From Oculina patagonica (Eukaryota), in NCBI RefSeq assembly GCF_052425735.1, contig NC_135759.1:5456001-5520000 (forward strand): a stretch of 64,000 bases of DNA. The letters are read 5' to 3'. Made by a program: the position numbers and the translations under genes. Below the pieces are notes generated by a model. It had not been told where the DNA came from. It was given only the letters and a program-made list of their open reading frames with translations, and did no database searches. Of this stretch, positions 15,338 through 27,650 are shown in pieces. Within the stretch, counting starts at the first letter, position 1; each line of letters starts with the position of its first letter.

Positions 15338-15516
15338 TACAGTCAACTCTCGCCTTGCGGACACCTCGCTATTGCGGACGCTCGCTATTACGGACAAAAT
15401 CCAGATCCCCGGCGTAAGAAGTTTTACTGGAAATGACTCCCGCTATTACGGACTCTCGCTATAACGGACACTAAACGACGCCCCGAGCGTGTCCGCTATA
15501 ACGAGAGTTGACTGTA
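15338..15516. mobile_element. TA-flanked MITE (Tc1/mariner-type)
   Basis: TIRs tacagtcaactctcg / cgagagttgactgta. Empty site gcgaaacta|gtaacaaaatc is present in the paralog near 43775. Confidence 0.85.
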
Positions 15517-15735
15517 GTAACAAAATCATATCACACACAATTAAATTTTAATTCCTTTTTCGCTTGGTGGCTTTTACCAAAGTTACAAAACCACTTGGTT
15601 GCTTGAACGGCATCAGAAAACTAACAGATCGTAAAGCAGGCATGCACGAAGGAATGTTTTTTCCAAATTGAAGCTTTGTAGCGATTTTTATAATCGAGTT
15701 ATTGCGAAAACAGAGCACGAAATAAGGCGATTATA

Positions 15736-16135
15736 CATCTACATCTATTTTTTATTAAGTCGGTAAAAGTCCATTCGGATATCACACCAACGTCTTAACA
15801 TAATTACAGTGATTTAAAATAGGTGAAAGACAATATATACATATATAAAAATGAACAATTCTAAAATAGGAAAGCTAAATTGACAACTGGGGGTAAACAA
15901 CTTAATAAATAAAAAAAATGAGCAAAGACGCCGCACGTACTTTCTAATCGCTACCTGGGTAATCGCGTAGTCCAGACTGGGAACACGCAAGAGAGACTCA
16001 ACAATCGCCGCAGGGAGTGCGTTCCAATCTCTTATGGTCCTCGGAAAATACGCGTTTTTCGTCGCTCTATGTTGCGTATGTTTGAAATTATGGCTGCCGC
16101 GAGTTCTGGATCCGTTATGTCTACTAAGATAGGAG
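15736..16135 (-). mobile_element. 5'-truncated LINE 3' end (CR1/L2-group)
   Basis: Translated motif YFPRTIRDWNALP, AATAAA and a short (GATGTA)-like tail. Absent from the paralog at ~43990. Confidence 0.65.
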
Positions 16136-17050
16136 CCATCAATATCATTCGCTTTCACTTTTTAGCTACGTCACGGACTGAACTCATCTTGAAAAAATTG
16201 GCTAGTTTTTTCGAGTTTGTCGTTCGTAATCCGTCTTAATCTCCGTCAGTCGAAACCATCCTTGGTTATTTTTGCCTTTTGGTGTTTTTCTATGTAAGAA
16301 AACAATTATTTCAAGGTTTCCTTCAATTTGGAAGTAATCAGAAAAATGACTTAAAATACCGTTCTTTAAGCCACACTTTTATCCCATACACCAATTATCT
16401 GAGAAACTTGCATTGGGACTAAAACGAGTGCGCCCCAATCATGACAGAAATGATGTTGCCAAAATGGGGACGAGTGGTCCAAATAAACGCCAGCTGCACA
16501 GAGGGCCAGAGTACGGTAGGAATAAACATATATTTGATTAGATACTTTTATCAGATGACACCGCCCCCTCCTCCCCGCAACCTCCCACCCAAAAAATCAG
16601 ATCAGGGCGCTTTGGCAGAAGTTTTCTGGGCTTCACGCTCTTCTGCAGTCAAATAATATTGAGGCTCAAAGCAGCAAAACGATAGAGTCGCTACCTCCAA
16701 AGTTTACAGCGATTTAATTCCAAACTTTAGAAAGCAAGTTCAATCTAAAAAGATCAGATCGATGCGCTCTACAAATGTGTCTTGACAACTTTCTTTGGTA
16801 AATTGTAATGGCAATTTATTATAAACGAGTTTGCTAGTTGTGAATGATGTATATAGTTTTTTGGTTTCTTAAGATTGATTTAAATAGTTTTACGTTATTT
16901 TATTATTTAATTTTCATTGTAAGATACTAGCAGTAAATGCTACTCTATAAATCCGAATGTGGAAATAAAGTTTATGTTATGTAATAAATCAGCCATAGAA
17001 TCACAATCCAAAGAGCAACTGACCAACTGCAAAACATTATAAAATTGAAT

Positions 17051-17498
17051 TACCGTAATGATTCGATTTAGCGCCCGGGGCGCTTATTTACGTTTGGCAC
17101 CTCGAGGGAGGGCGCTTATTCGGGACAGGGCGCTTATTTAATTTCTTGAGAAACAACCAAATGTATCTAACAATAACAGAAGCTGTAACAGTTAGAAATT
17201 GTTTAAAGTTCAGTTACTTTTAAAATAATTGTTCATTTTAGCAGTAAATATATACATGAACTGTACGGCGAACGGTGAGGAGTTTATCTAGTTGACGTCA
17301 ATGACTTCAGTATGGGCAGTTATCCACAATAGGGGCACTTATTAGAATAGGGGTGCTTATAAGAACGGGGGCGCTAATTAGAATGGGGGCGCTTATTGGA
17401 ATAGGGGCGCTTATTTACAAAAACACATTCGAAGGGGGGCGTTTATTGGGAAGGGGGCGCTTATTTGAAGGAGGGCGCTAAATCGAATCATTACGGTA
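17051..17498. mobile_element. TA-flanked MITE with internal ggggcgcttatt subrepeats
   Basis: TIRs taccgtaatgattcgatttagcgccc / gggcgctaaatcgaatcattacggta. Empty site gaatta|gtgatc at ~44715. Confidence 0.9.
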
Positions 17499-18223
17499 GT
17501 GATCATAGGCAATCACAGCCAGACCTTTGGCATAGAAGAGGCAAGATCTGGGAACTAGAACTAGAACATTTTAAAAAAATTGGAAGCACTGAAACGCTTT
17601 TCTCAATATTCTTCATCGCGTATTCCTTGAGAAAAATAAATCTTTTTCAACTTAATATATTTGTTTATAATTTTGGGTCACTATCTAGACGTGTCTCGTC
17701 TTGCCTCTTGCTAGCTACGGCCAGACATAACGCTGCACTAAGACTGCAATACTTGCCATTTCATATCTCAGTATTACATATATAGCAAGAATTTTGGGCA
17801 AAATACAGTCGCGAATAGATGTCTATATTTGCTATATTTCAAATGTGAGAAAAGCGATACGTCCAATCAGCTTCGCGTACAGATTTCTTCACATGTGGAA
17901 AATATGACCAATATAATCAGCATCTAGAGTGGAACGACCCAACCAACCAAAGCAAGAGAATTGAAATGGTGCCCAAATGGTTGAAAAAACAGCGAGCGGC
18001 ACTTTGATCCCGACGACAGTTCATGTTTTGAAAACATGGCTACACGTATGGAAGGCAAGCAAACAGGAACTCGCCAAGCAAAACCAAAAGAATACGGTAA
18101 TAAGATGATAACGATACGAATCATTCTTCAAAGGCGAAGCAAGGACAAAAGTTAGACAAAATTTATATCTACCAAAATTGTTTACATCTCATTGCAAACT
18201 TAATTCTGTGTTACTGTTTCAAA

Positions 18224-18514
18224 TACACCTAATTGCAATAACGTTGTCATAGAAAAAAGTAAAAAAGAAAAAGGTAAATAGGAATTAATTAGCTTAGTTT
18301 CATAACTGGTAGCATTTACAGAAATTTCACGAGTTTTATCTGCACTTTTTAAGTCCACATTTTTATGCTGTAACAAGATTAATTGATTTATTCGTATTTT
18401 AAAGCATTTTGAGGCCATTTGTACAAATAAATTTCATGCATGCGCTTAATTAATTCCTATTTGACTTTTTCCTTTTTACTTTTTTCTATGACAACCTTAT
18501 TGCAATTAGGTGTA
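18224..18514. mobile_element. TA-flanked MITE, ~65 bp TIRs
   Basis: tacacctaattgcaataa... / ...ttattgcaattaggtgta. Empty site tgttactgtttcaaata|t at ~61900. Confidence 0.85.
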
Positions 18515-18586
18515 TGTCATTTAAAAGACATCATTTCCAACAACACCAATCATCGAAAACAAACTGAATTCCGCTGAATCGTTTAA

Positions 18587-20662
18587 AGGGACAGTCTCGC
18601 GGCTCAGTACATGTACAAGCTATATATGACGCAAGCAAAATCACTTCCATTATTTATAGACCAATCGGGAGTGATTTGTCAATATGCAAATCGAGCGCGT
18701 AATTTCCCGTGTTGTAGAACTTTCGCGTCAGCTGGTCAACCGACTTATTCAATCGAATCTTTTCACAATTTCAAAGCTCATGCTGTAGTGTGTACATGTG
18801 CTTAAGGAAAGATTGGAACAAATCGAATGTTCGTCCTTGCAAAAACACACGGCGAATTTTGCACTGCTTTGTTTATATGCCCGGAATGATTGCTAAGAAG
18901 CGTCAAAACGAGATAGGATTTCCATTTTCCTTATTCTTTAAAGCTTGTACATTCAACGCTTCTGTTATAATGGATTTCTCTCAAACGTGATGATAAATCG
19001 ACTAAAACACATCAAAAAGCACGTTCAATTTTGAGATTCGCGAATACAATCGCGAAAACATCGCTGCGGACGTGAGATTTCTCAACTTATGCCGTGATCC
19101 AAAAAAAGTATACCTCCATCAGCTTGTTTCTATATGGTATCGACAAACACTACCGCTTTATCTTGCTTTACAAAAAACTTTAAAGTCTTTGTGTAGTGAG
19201 TAAACAATCTGTTTTATCGGAATGTTTGTATCTCACACATCAAAACACTGTTCATACCCAGACATTCTACAATTATGACTGATTTCCACAAATAATGGAT
19301 TCCTTTTGTACGCCACACAAGACCGCTTTGCACCACACCAGATTGATCTATCTAGCTTTTTGATCTCCAAGGACTCTTACGCGTCCTGTCGCCGGTCGAT
19401 CACGATGTCACTCATGGACTCTGTATATTAAATGGCTTTTTCTTTGCCAAATCACTCACGGCATAGCTACTAACTATGCTCCCGGGTACTTGAGAAATAG
19501 CTGACTTCAGTTTGTCTAAGCGGAACGCCGGATTCACTCTAGTCCAGTCCCTGAACTCTCTCTTCCGCGCGCCTTTTTATAGGGGCTGAACCCAGGCGCG
19601 CGAAGAGAGAGTCCAGGATAACTTGCATGCGCATTCGCCAGTTTTTCCCCCAAAATTGGGGGCATATTTGGCAGCCGTTTGGAAAACGTGCGCGCACAAA
19701 TGACGAGTTCAACTACGCGACCGTGTACTAAAGCAGGATCCCCGGAATAACTTTAAAAAACCTAGCTTTTCAGTCAGTGTCTGCTAAAAGCTAACGGCCA
19801 AAACAAAAATCGCTATCCGTCAACTATTCCTAGTATTTTGTAGCTGTTTATTGAATTAGTTTTGGATGCAATTGAGCAAAGTTATTTTCTTGCATTTATT
19901 CTCGCGCTCGGTCGCGTTATTGAATTCGTCATTTGAGCGAGCCAATTTTAACCTAGTGCGCGTCCCAAGCAAGTGACGCCACACTCCTCGCTTCTGATTG
20001 GTTCGATCTGAGCATGCGCATGCAAGTTATCCTGGACTCTCTCTTCGCGCGCCTGGGTTCAGCCCCTATAAAAGGCGCGCGGAAGAGAGAGTTCAGGGAC
20101 TGCACTAGATTCACTCAGATTTAACAAACGATGGCTACTATGAATTCAGTGTACTTAATTTCGCGAAATGTCGGGCGCCGAATTTCGCGAGTATTAATTT
20201 TCGCCATTGCAAGAAAAATTAGAGCAAAAGTGTATTAAATTTCGCGATTTTGTCAGTGTTTTAATGATCAGTCGTCAAAGACTAAGGAACTACTGGAAAT
20301 ACACAAAGGTCTGGCTCAATGTATTTACAAGGAACCTGCAAACAGAGACATTGGTGACTGCCCTAAAGAGGTTTTGGCCAATTTACAAGCTCAAGAAAAC
20401 AGTAATCAGAGGAAGGCTACAGTCGAAACCAAGACGGAAAGTTATTTTTAAAGGTAGAAAGTTGGAGTTCCAAACATTTCAAATTGTTATTAACTTTTGA
20501 TATAATATGGTATTAATTTTCGCCCTTAAATTTCGCGCAATGTTATTTTCGCAATGTTAAAATCGCGAAAATCGCGAAATTTAGTACTCGCGAAAATAAG
20601 TAAGAATAAGGTATTCTGGTAGCTGTCACGTCACGCATGCGCATAACTGTGAAACCTTCGCT
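18587..20662. mobile_element. Kolobok-like non-autonomous element (TTAA, AG...CT ends) with nested insertions
   Basis: ttaa|agggacagtctcgcgg and ctgtgaaaccttcgct|ttaa form imperfect short TIRs. Confidence 0.5.
19540..20107. mobile_element. Non-autonomous TAG...CTA element with 9-bp TSD (AcademH-like)
   Basis: ~95 bp near-perfect TIRs. TSD gattcactc at 19531-19539 and 20108-20116. Confidence 0.8.
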
Positions 20663-20950
20663 TTAATGGACGATTTTACAAAACAGCTAAACCCGAGGTT
20701 TTACCTACAGTTAACATTTGAACTTTGAATTTCATTTTCGTACGCTCTGATAAGAAATTGATGTTGGTGTTATCACGGATATTTACTTACATATTGAACT
20801 TTTCAATGGGGTAGAAAATGACGCAATAGAATTTAAATTATTCTGATACTAGATATTTGTCCAACTTAAATTAATGTCACGGTTACTCGATTTCCTGATG
20901 GATTCCGTCTTAAATCTGATTGCACGTCAAGAAGAGCTAGAAAATGGGAT

Positions 20951-21120
20951 AATACCCGATTCCCTCTATAGCGCGCGCCTGCAGGGAATCACGGTAGTTG
21001 TATTCATCAAACCAAGCGCAAGACTAAGCAACGATGCACATTGCTGAGTCTCGCGCATGGTTGATGAATACAACTACCGTGATTCCCTGCAGGCGCGCGC
21101 TATAGAGGGAATCGGGTATT
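20951..21120. repeat. 170-bp palindrome (foldback MITE)
   Basis: aatacccgattccctctatagcgcgcgcctgcagggaatcacggtagttgtattcatcaa is exactly mirrored at the right end; the inner stem is imperfect. Confidence 0.85.
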
Positions 21121-21159
21121 CAATGGGCATCTCAGGCGAGGGTAAATTTTGATCAAGGG

Positions 21160-21326
21160 ACACGAAATTTAGTTCGATTTAGCGGGGGATTCGAGTCATC
21201 CGAGTTCGAGTTAACCGAGTAAATATGACTGAAAAGGGAGGTAAAATTCAAGGGAAGTGGGACTTAGCTCGGGTTAGCGGGAGAGTTCGAGTTATCCGAG
21301 TTCGAGTTACCGGGATTCTACTGTAG
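21160..21326. mobile_element. Truncated MITE with cgagtt subrepeats, ending ...attctactgta
   Basis: Repeated ttcgagtta motifs and an actgta terminus; the left terminus was not found. Confidence 0.5.
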
Positions 21327-22134
21327 TTCCCTTGAATAAATTGGCATTACTGGTAAACTTTCAATTTGTGACAACACAAAAATGAAGGGGCTCGAGTAAT
21401 TTGCCATGTCAAAATATCGTTATTATTGTCTTAACTTGTAACTGACCCGTCAAATAAGGTTTTTTCTCAAAATTTCAGATTAATTAAAAAAGTAACAGAA
21501 AATTTTACGTTTCTATCTGGTTTCCTACCGAGGTGCCTTCCAAATAAACGAAATGCAGACAACTTAATTTTCAAAAATTACGGGGGATAATTCTAGACCC
21601 CCTCCCCATCAACAAGCACGCGCCTACGGCGCCCAGACCGCCTGGCAAGATCGCGCACACGTCACTCAAGCGAGCACCCGGACATCGACGTTCCTGCCTA
21701 CGGATCTGACTGGACCTCTTTCATTTATGTCTATAAATATACTGTCATACAAATGTATCCACTTCCCTTCACACTAAAAGGCAATATTAGAGGATACTTT
21801 AATGTGCGGTCAACACTTAGTGGAAAAGCACTTACCTGACACAATGACACGTGGTACAAGTGTTCCCTTCCCAAGTATCCTTGTAGTACAAATGTTCCTT
21901 TTCAATGTATTCCTGTGTCCCTGCAAAGTTTTCTCTGCCCTTACTGCCTTTGGGTACAAAAAGCTCAGAAGGCCGAGGCCGTCGCTAGCCTTAGCTGTTT
22001 TTATTAAGTAGTTTTGAACCAATCACATTACACGTTATATTACTTTGTTTTATTTCATAAAACATATTTTATTTTCTCGGACATTTCATCTTTGATGGGC
22101 CCATTTTTACAAGTGCACTTTGTGCTTTTGCTAG

Positions 22135-22254
22135 CTAGTTATTCTTTTTCTTTTCCAGGCGTTGTAGCTTTGCTAGGTTTTGTTTCAAAGTGGTGTTGTC
22201 TGGATCAAGCTTCGCAGCAATCTCATAATGATGTCTTGCTTCCACATGTTCACC
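22135..22254 (-). CDS. TMTC1: TMTC1-like terminal exon
   Basis: ctttacag|GEHVEARHHYEIAAKLDPDNTTLKQNLAKLQRLEKKKNN*. Minus-strand AATAAA at ~22050 and ~22000. Confidence 0.85.
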   Translation of the reverse strand, partial: GEHVEARHHYEIAAKLDPDNTTLKQNLAKLQRLEKKKNN

Positions 22255-22631
22255 CTGTAAAGAACGGTTAAAAGCATATGACGAACGTCAGTAGGTCGAA
22301 TATTTTGCCTATTTTAAGTTTAAAATGTAAATTTAAATTCAAAAGTTTCATTATTCCACTTCTTATAGCGCAGCGGCTTTTTTTCAGTGCAAACAAACTT
22401 ACTTTGTTCATCAATCGGTTTTTTCTTCTTGCTTACACATTATGTGTCAATAAACAAAAAAGAAACAGACAAACAAACAACAAAACTAAAAAACTGGAAG
22501 GTGTTACCGTATACATATTGAAGTTAAGGCTAAAATGATTTTAAACTGCACTTTGATTTCATTTTGTATTTTCCTTTGATTCAGATTTATAACCATAACC
22601 CTTAAATAAAGAAAAATACAAATCAAACTAG

Positions 22632-24746
22632 TAGTCAGGTCGCTTAGCGCAAATTTTTGGAGAAATCGTTACACGGTTGATAAAAGCACCAAAATTTGCA
22701 GAATGATTCTTTAAAGACTATTAAATAATTTTATCTGTGGCTCCACCTGAAATTTTTCCTGCAATTTGCAAAATTTGCTAAACACTTTGACCACGTACAA
22801 ACTCTCAAGCACCGCTTCCACGCCATTTTGAATCGATTCAATGAAAGTGGGACAGAAGGAAATATTTCTCTTCTCCGTAAGTAATTTGCAGTTTTATGCT
22901 TAAATGTTGCAAAAATATATATAAATTAAAGACATTGCTTAAGTTTTCGCTAACATTTTATTTTTTAGATGCAGTATTCTAAAATGTTTATTATGGTTAA
23001 TTATGCGCTTGTCGTTTGTGGCCGCCGAGGGATGCGGAATATGCTTAAAGAAGCCTTGAAGAAACGAGATTACACAGAGGACTCACAAATTTTGGTCAAG
23101 GCAGCTTCAAAAATAAGAAAATACATTTTCAGCCACGAGGCATATAAATTTAATAGATCGTTTCCAGAAAATAGTCAAGAAGCTTCGTTACCATCTAGCC
23201 TCAAAACCTCAAAGATAAGCACGAGTCCCAAGCATGCCTTACCGTTGGCAGCCTATTGTCTACAATACTAAGAAAAAAATAAAAGGAATCCGATACAGAA
23301 ACAAGGCACTTTTAGGAGCGTGAACCGCCTCTGCCTGTCTACTGATTGACTTGAACACACACAGATTGACGAGATGCAAGCGGAACATCCAGCATTTACA
23401 CCAGCTGGGAATTTCTATTTCCCATGACCGAGTCACACAGCTTGACGAGTGGATTGCAGAAGCCATGTGCGAGCACTTTGACGAAGACGGAGTTGTATCC
23501 CCTGCCTGCCTGCTAAAGGTCTGTTCACTGTTGGTGCCTTAGACCACCTTCAAAAAGCTCTTTTCATGGTACCGGCATCAGTCTCCTCCAGTTTCCAACT
23601 GAAAACCAACCGGGTATGAGTATACCACCAGTTACGATTCCTCCATCGGTACCTAGATACCTCTCCGCCATTGTTCCACGCTATGTCTGGTTGTAACACC
23701 ACATCCACTTTTAGGAGAAAGGACAGGCATTTTTAAAGAGGAAACAGAAACACTTGCCTATTTAGCCTCCCATCCGATTGAGTCCCTTGATGCAGACTGT
23801 GAGCACTTCCGAAAAACTGAACGGCTGGTTATTATCGTTTATGACAAAGAGAGTTCGTCCTTGTCCCTTAACCAAACTAGGATTTAACTTTTCTGTCTTA
23901 AGAACGTTCACTGACAAGATGCCACCGACGGACAATGCTTTTCTTTAACGCACAAGACGGGCGTTCAATCTAGGACACTTGTACTGACGCTGTGCAAAAT
24001 ATCCCTTCACCGGACTTTATTTTAGCAGAACCACGATTTCTACACCTTATCGAGTTTCACTCTCCTTATATTTTTCATGTCTTATGTTCTCTTTTTGGGT
24101 CAAAGAAGTGGCTAGCCGCCCAATCCAACGCCACTAGATCCACCCCTGTCTAGGATATTACAGATAATTTTGCAAGCCTTAAGCCGCCGCATTTTTTTCT
24201 TTTGTCGGTAGAAACGACTGCGTGGGATGCTAGGGTAAGGGAACTTGAAAATCGCGTGGTTTTCTCTTCAATTTGCCTTATGGGTAATAAATATCGGGTA
24301 CTCTAATAAATGCCTGTGCAAAAAAGAGACGGACACCCCCTGAAAAAGTCTAATTGACCGCTTACGAAAGGGAACATTGCAGAACAGCCCTTATGAATTT
24401 ATGCAAATGAGCTAAGAACGCTCTTGTTTAAATTTCAAGAAAAATAAAAAAAAATTTGGATGGAGCTACGGATAAACTTAAAACCAGTATCGAAAATAGG
24501 CTGCATGCAAAAATTGGGGCTTTTATCACAAAATCTAATCGATCACTTACGAAAGGACATTGCGGAACAGCTTTTATAAATATATGCAAATGAGTTAAAA
24601 ACGTTCTTGTTTAAATTTCAAGAAAAAATAAAAAAATTCGGATGGAGCCACGGATAAACTTAAATAAGGTATAGAAAGGAGGCCGCATGCAAAAATTGGT
24701 GCTTTTATCACGCCGGTAACGATTTTTACGCTAACCGACCTGACTA
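22632..24746 (+). mobile_element. Internally deleted Academ (AcademX-type) transposon in the last TMTC1 intron
   Basis: TIRs tagtcaggtcgcttagcg / cgctaaccgacctgacta with 3-bp TSD TAG. Degraded transposase motifs HQLGISISHDRV, LFTVGALD, SSFHGTGISL, and XPG-like FHAMSGCNTTSTF. It sits inside an older palindromic MITE (~22515-24780). Confidence 0.8.
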
Positions 24747-24886
24747 TAGTTTAAAATCATTTCGACTTTAATTTCATTTTAAACTACAACATAAACACCC
24801 CAAACTAATACTGCGTTTTCTGTCACACAACCGTTTCTTCCTTTCAATGGATTTGTTCTGTCACACAACCACATATGTACAGTTAA

Positions 24887-25527
24887 GGGACCGTTCATTT
24901 TTTATGGGGTAGGGGGGGGGGGGCTGGTGGGATTTGATAGATAGTCACTGGTATATATAATGCCCCCCCCTTTTTCATCGAAAATTTTTACCTGGCCCCC
25001 CCTCAAAATCCTTTTTTTTGATGACCCCCCCCCCCCAATAAAAAAAAAAGAAAACAAACAAACAAAACAATAATCAAGTGAAATTAAAATATATCGATAT
25101 CGAGCCTTGTGACTAAAGAATGTATTAGTGTACAAAAATCACATCCCCAAATAACTGGCATTGCCTCAAATGTTTATTGTGGATGCCGTCTGTTAGTATG
25201 GTTTGTCCACATTTGTAACCAATAAGCTGTTGGGTTGAGTTGATGGCGTTTGGTACATAACAAAATAGGGGGGTCCGGGGGCATGCTCCCCCAAGGAAAA
25301 TTTGAATTTTCAGAACCTTTGGAATGTTATTTTGGGCATTCTGGCAATTTTTTTTTTTACTCTTATAGTAGCCTCTTTACAACAAAAGTATAATTATTTT
25401 TAGTGACCCCCTCCCCCTAACAGACCATATTTTTTTGGCTGACCCCCCCTTTGAAGCCAATTTTTTTCGGATGGCCCCCCCTCAAATCCCACCAGCCCCC
25501 CCTACCTCATAAAAAATGAACCGTCCC
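24887..25527. mobile_element. PIF/Harbinger-type MITE
   Basis: TIRs gggaccgttcattttttatg / cataaaaaatgaaccgtccc; TAA on both sides. Confidence 0.75.
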
Positions 25528-25578
25528 TAATGACGTTACTTTAATTCTTTACAATCCCGGCACAGGATCGTTACTAAC

Positions 25579-25656
25579 CTCAAGATGGAATATAACTCCA
25601 AGATTCAAATGAGCACTGGCGTGTTCTGGATCCAGCTGCACCGCCATCTTGTAGCT
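25579..25656 (-). CDS. TMTC1: TMTC1-like exon
   Basis: gatag|SYKMAVQLDPEHASAHLNLGVIFHLE|gttagt, phase 0-0. Confidence 0.85.
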
Positions 25657-26032
25657 CTATCGAGAAAATAAAAAAAAGGAATCTGCTACACCGTCTTTCA
25701 ATATAAGATAGCATTGCATAGATCACCTAAGATGTAAGAAAATAGAAAAGAAAAGAAAACACAAAAATTACGTCATCGTCCCCGCTGTTGAATGTAAACT
25801 AAAACCAAAATGAAACAATAAATGATTGGTTATCAACTTAGTTCAGTTGGGAAGGCCGTATCACACAAAGCTCTCTACTTTCTTTTCGGCCTCCCCGCCA
25901 TTTTTTCTTTGTAACTAATTTACGTTATTTCATTGTATCCTGTTTGGTCTTCCTTTCTCTGGCAAAATTAATTAATAAAAGAAATGCCATAGTCATCAAT
26001 CTCCACTGTAATTTCATTTGCAGCCGTTATTA

Positions 26033-26332
26033 AAGTAAAAGGTAAAGGTAAAGCAACTTTATTTATACACGGTTTGTGTTTTTTAAAGCTAGAAGCTTGT
26101 GGGGCCGTGTATATGAAACAAATACTGAACAAATATAATATATTAAATAAACATAACAGGATTAAAAATCCCAACTGGCAGGAGGCAGACCAGTTGGCTA
26201 TTTACAAGCATGACCGAGGATTTGAACTCGGGGCGACCGAGAACAAATCCAGATAGTGGTCAGAACGGGATTTGAACCCGGGACCTCCAGATTTCATGTC
26301 CGGCGCTCTAACCACTCGGCCACGCTGCCTCC
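26033..26332 (-). mobile_element. tRNA-derived SINE
   Basis: Minus-strand head GGAGGCAGCGTGGCCGAGTGGTTAGAGCG...GGTTCAAATCCC (A and B boxes), conserved body, (TTTACC)n tail. Confidence 0.8.
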
Positions 26333-26639
26333 TGTCGTTTATACCAAAAAGTGTTACGATCAAAATAGCGGCTGCATCTGTTGAGTTACCTCAGTGAATA
26401 TTTCCATAAAGTTAAAGGAGCTCCGTCAAGTACGACACATATCTACGAAAATGGCCATGTTTTTAATTTCTTTCTTAATGATCCGTCTAAATCGTACTTA
26501 GTCGTCGTTGGTATTTTCTTCCTTAAGAAAAAAAATTGTCATCTTAAGGTTTCCTTCGCTTTGAAAGCAATTTGAAAAAAGGACTTGAAACATGGTGTCA
26601 TATTCCTTTAATTAAGTTGGTTGATATAACTTCTCTTAC

Positions 26640-26750
26640 CTTCTTAGCTTGTTGCATGTTGTTCAGGTCTTTATACAAATTTCCCTGTTGGAAGTAAAGG
26701 TCTGCATCGTCCTCATGAAGACTAAGAGCTTGAGCAATAACTTGCAGAGC
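26640..26750 (-). CDS. TMTC1: TMTC1-like exon
   Basis: ttgcag|ALQVIAQALSLHEDDADLYFQQGNLYKDLNNMQQAKK|gtaaga. Confidence 0.85.
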
Positions 26751-26872
26751 CTGCAACAGGAAAATAAGAAAGAAGAACACGTTAGCCGACTTAAGTGCAT
26801 CGATGTAGTTGCTACAAGCACTTATTTAATAAAGAAGGAAAACAAAACGTTTTAAGAGCAACAGCAACTTGC

Positions 26873-27010
26873 CTCGTTGAACTGTCCATACTGAGCATGC
26901 ATTCCAGCCAGTGTTTTGTAATGTCCAAGATTCTGTGGATCATCTAGAACCAGGCTCTTTAGTATGCTCACAGCTTCATTGAGTCGGTTTGTTTGACCAA
27001 GAAGAATGGC
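26873..27010 (-). CDS. TMTC1: TMTC1-like exon (GC donor)
   Basis: ccccag|AILLGQTNRLNEAVSILKSLVLDDPQNLGHYKTLAGMHAQYGQFNE|gcaagt. Confidence 0.8.
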
Positions 27011-27650
27011 CTGGGGATAACGAAAAGTGATGCCATAAACCATCATGGAACAGGACCCTTCAACAAAAGGATCTTCTTTTGAAGCTGCCAAAACTGCATG
27101 CTAGCTGAAGTGCTAAGTGACAGTTATTCACTCACTCTGTCACTGTAAAATTACGGTAATAAGCTCGGAGCTTATGTTTGCTAAAACATTGTTTTCGGTT
27201 GTGTGATTGTTGCTTATACTAGGGGTGGTATCACGAGGAGTCCTCTCAGTTTTTGTGTAAACTATGATAGAATTATAAGGGTGCACTCAGTGATCCACAA
27301 CATAACCTTTGAACAACAAAAAAGCATAACTTTATTCTCCAATTAGTGAATGAATGTAATCAATAGTTTTTAAGTCCAAGTAACACTATCAAACTTAAAA
27401 ACATCGGCCCAACGTTTTTCTAGTTTTAGGCCACTATTGTACTATCCGTCCTTAGCCAAACCACCTTTTAAAAATTTTCATGACTAGTGAAGAACGTTGT
27501 AGCAAGGCCAGGCCACTATTTGTGGACTTCCAATTAATACCAACACCTTCATTGCATTTTCAAGATGCACAAAATTACGGTGACACTATTCCTTTACAGG
27601 TACTTGACTTCGTTTTGTATTGTTTGAATTTCGTTACCAATATGCAGTGT

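Larger units (their letters stand above)
14755..17050 (+). repeat. Copy/haplotype A of a block repeated at 43256-44715
   Basis: Long colinear direct similarity to 43256-44715, e.g. tcagtttagtatttatgtaa...gcttgtaacgtattgatgaaatataccacaag and cagatcagggcgctttggcagaagt. Interrupted by A-specific insertions. Confidence 0.9.

Noticed and set aside
26255-26332. tRNA genes (also ~27730-27800, ~49190-49266, ~50985-51050, 57822-57900)
   Set aside because: A and B boxes are present but the cloverleaves are imperfect and most are attached to SINE or repeat bodies; treated as tRNA-derived repeats.
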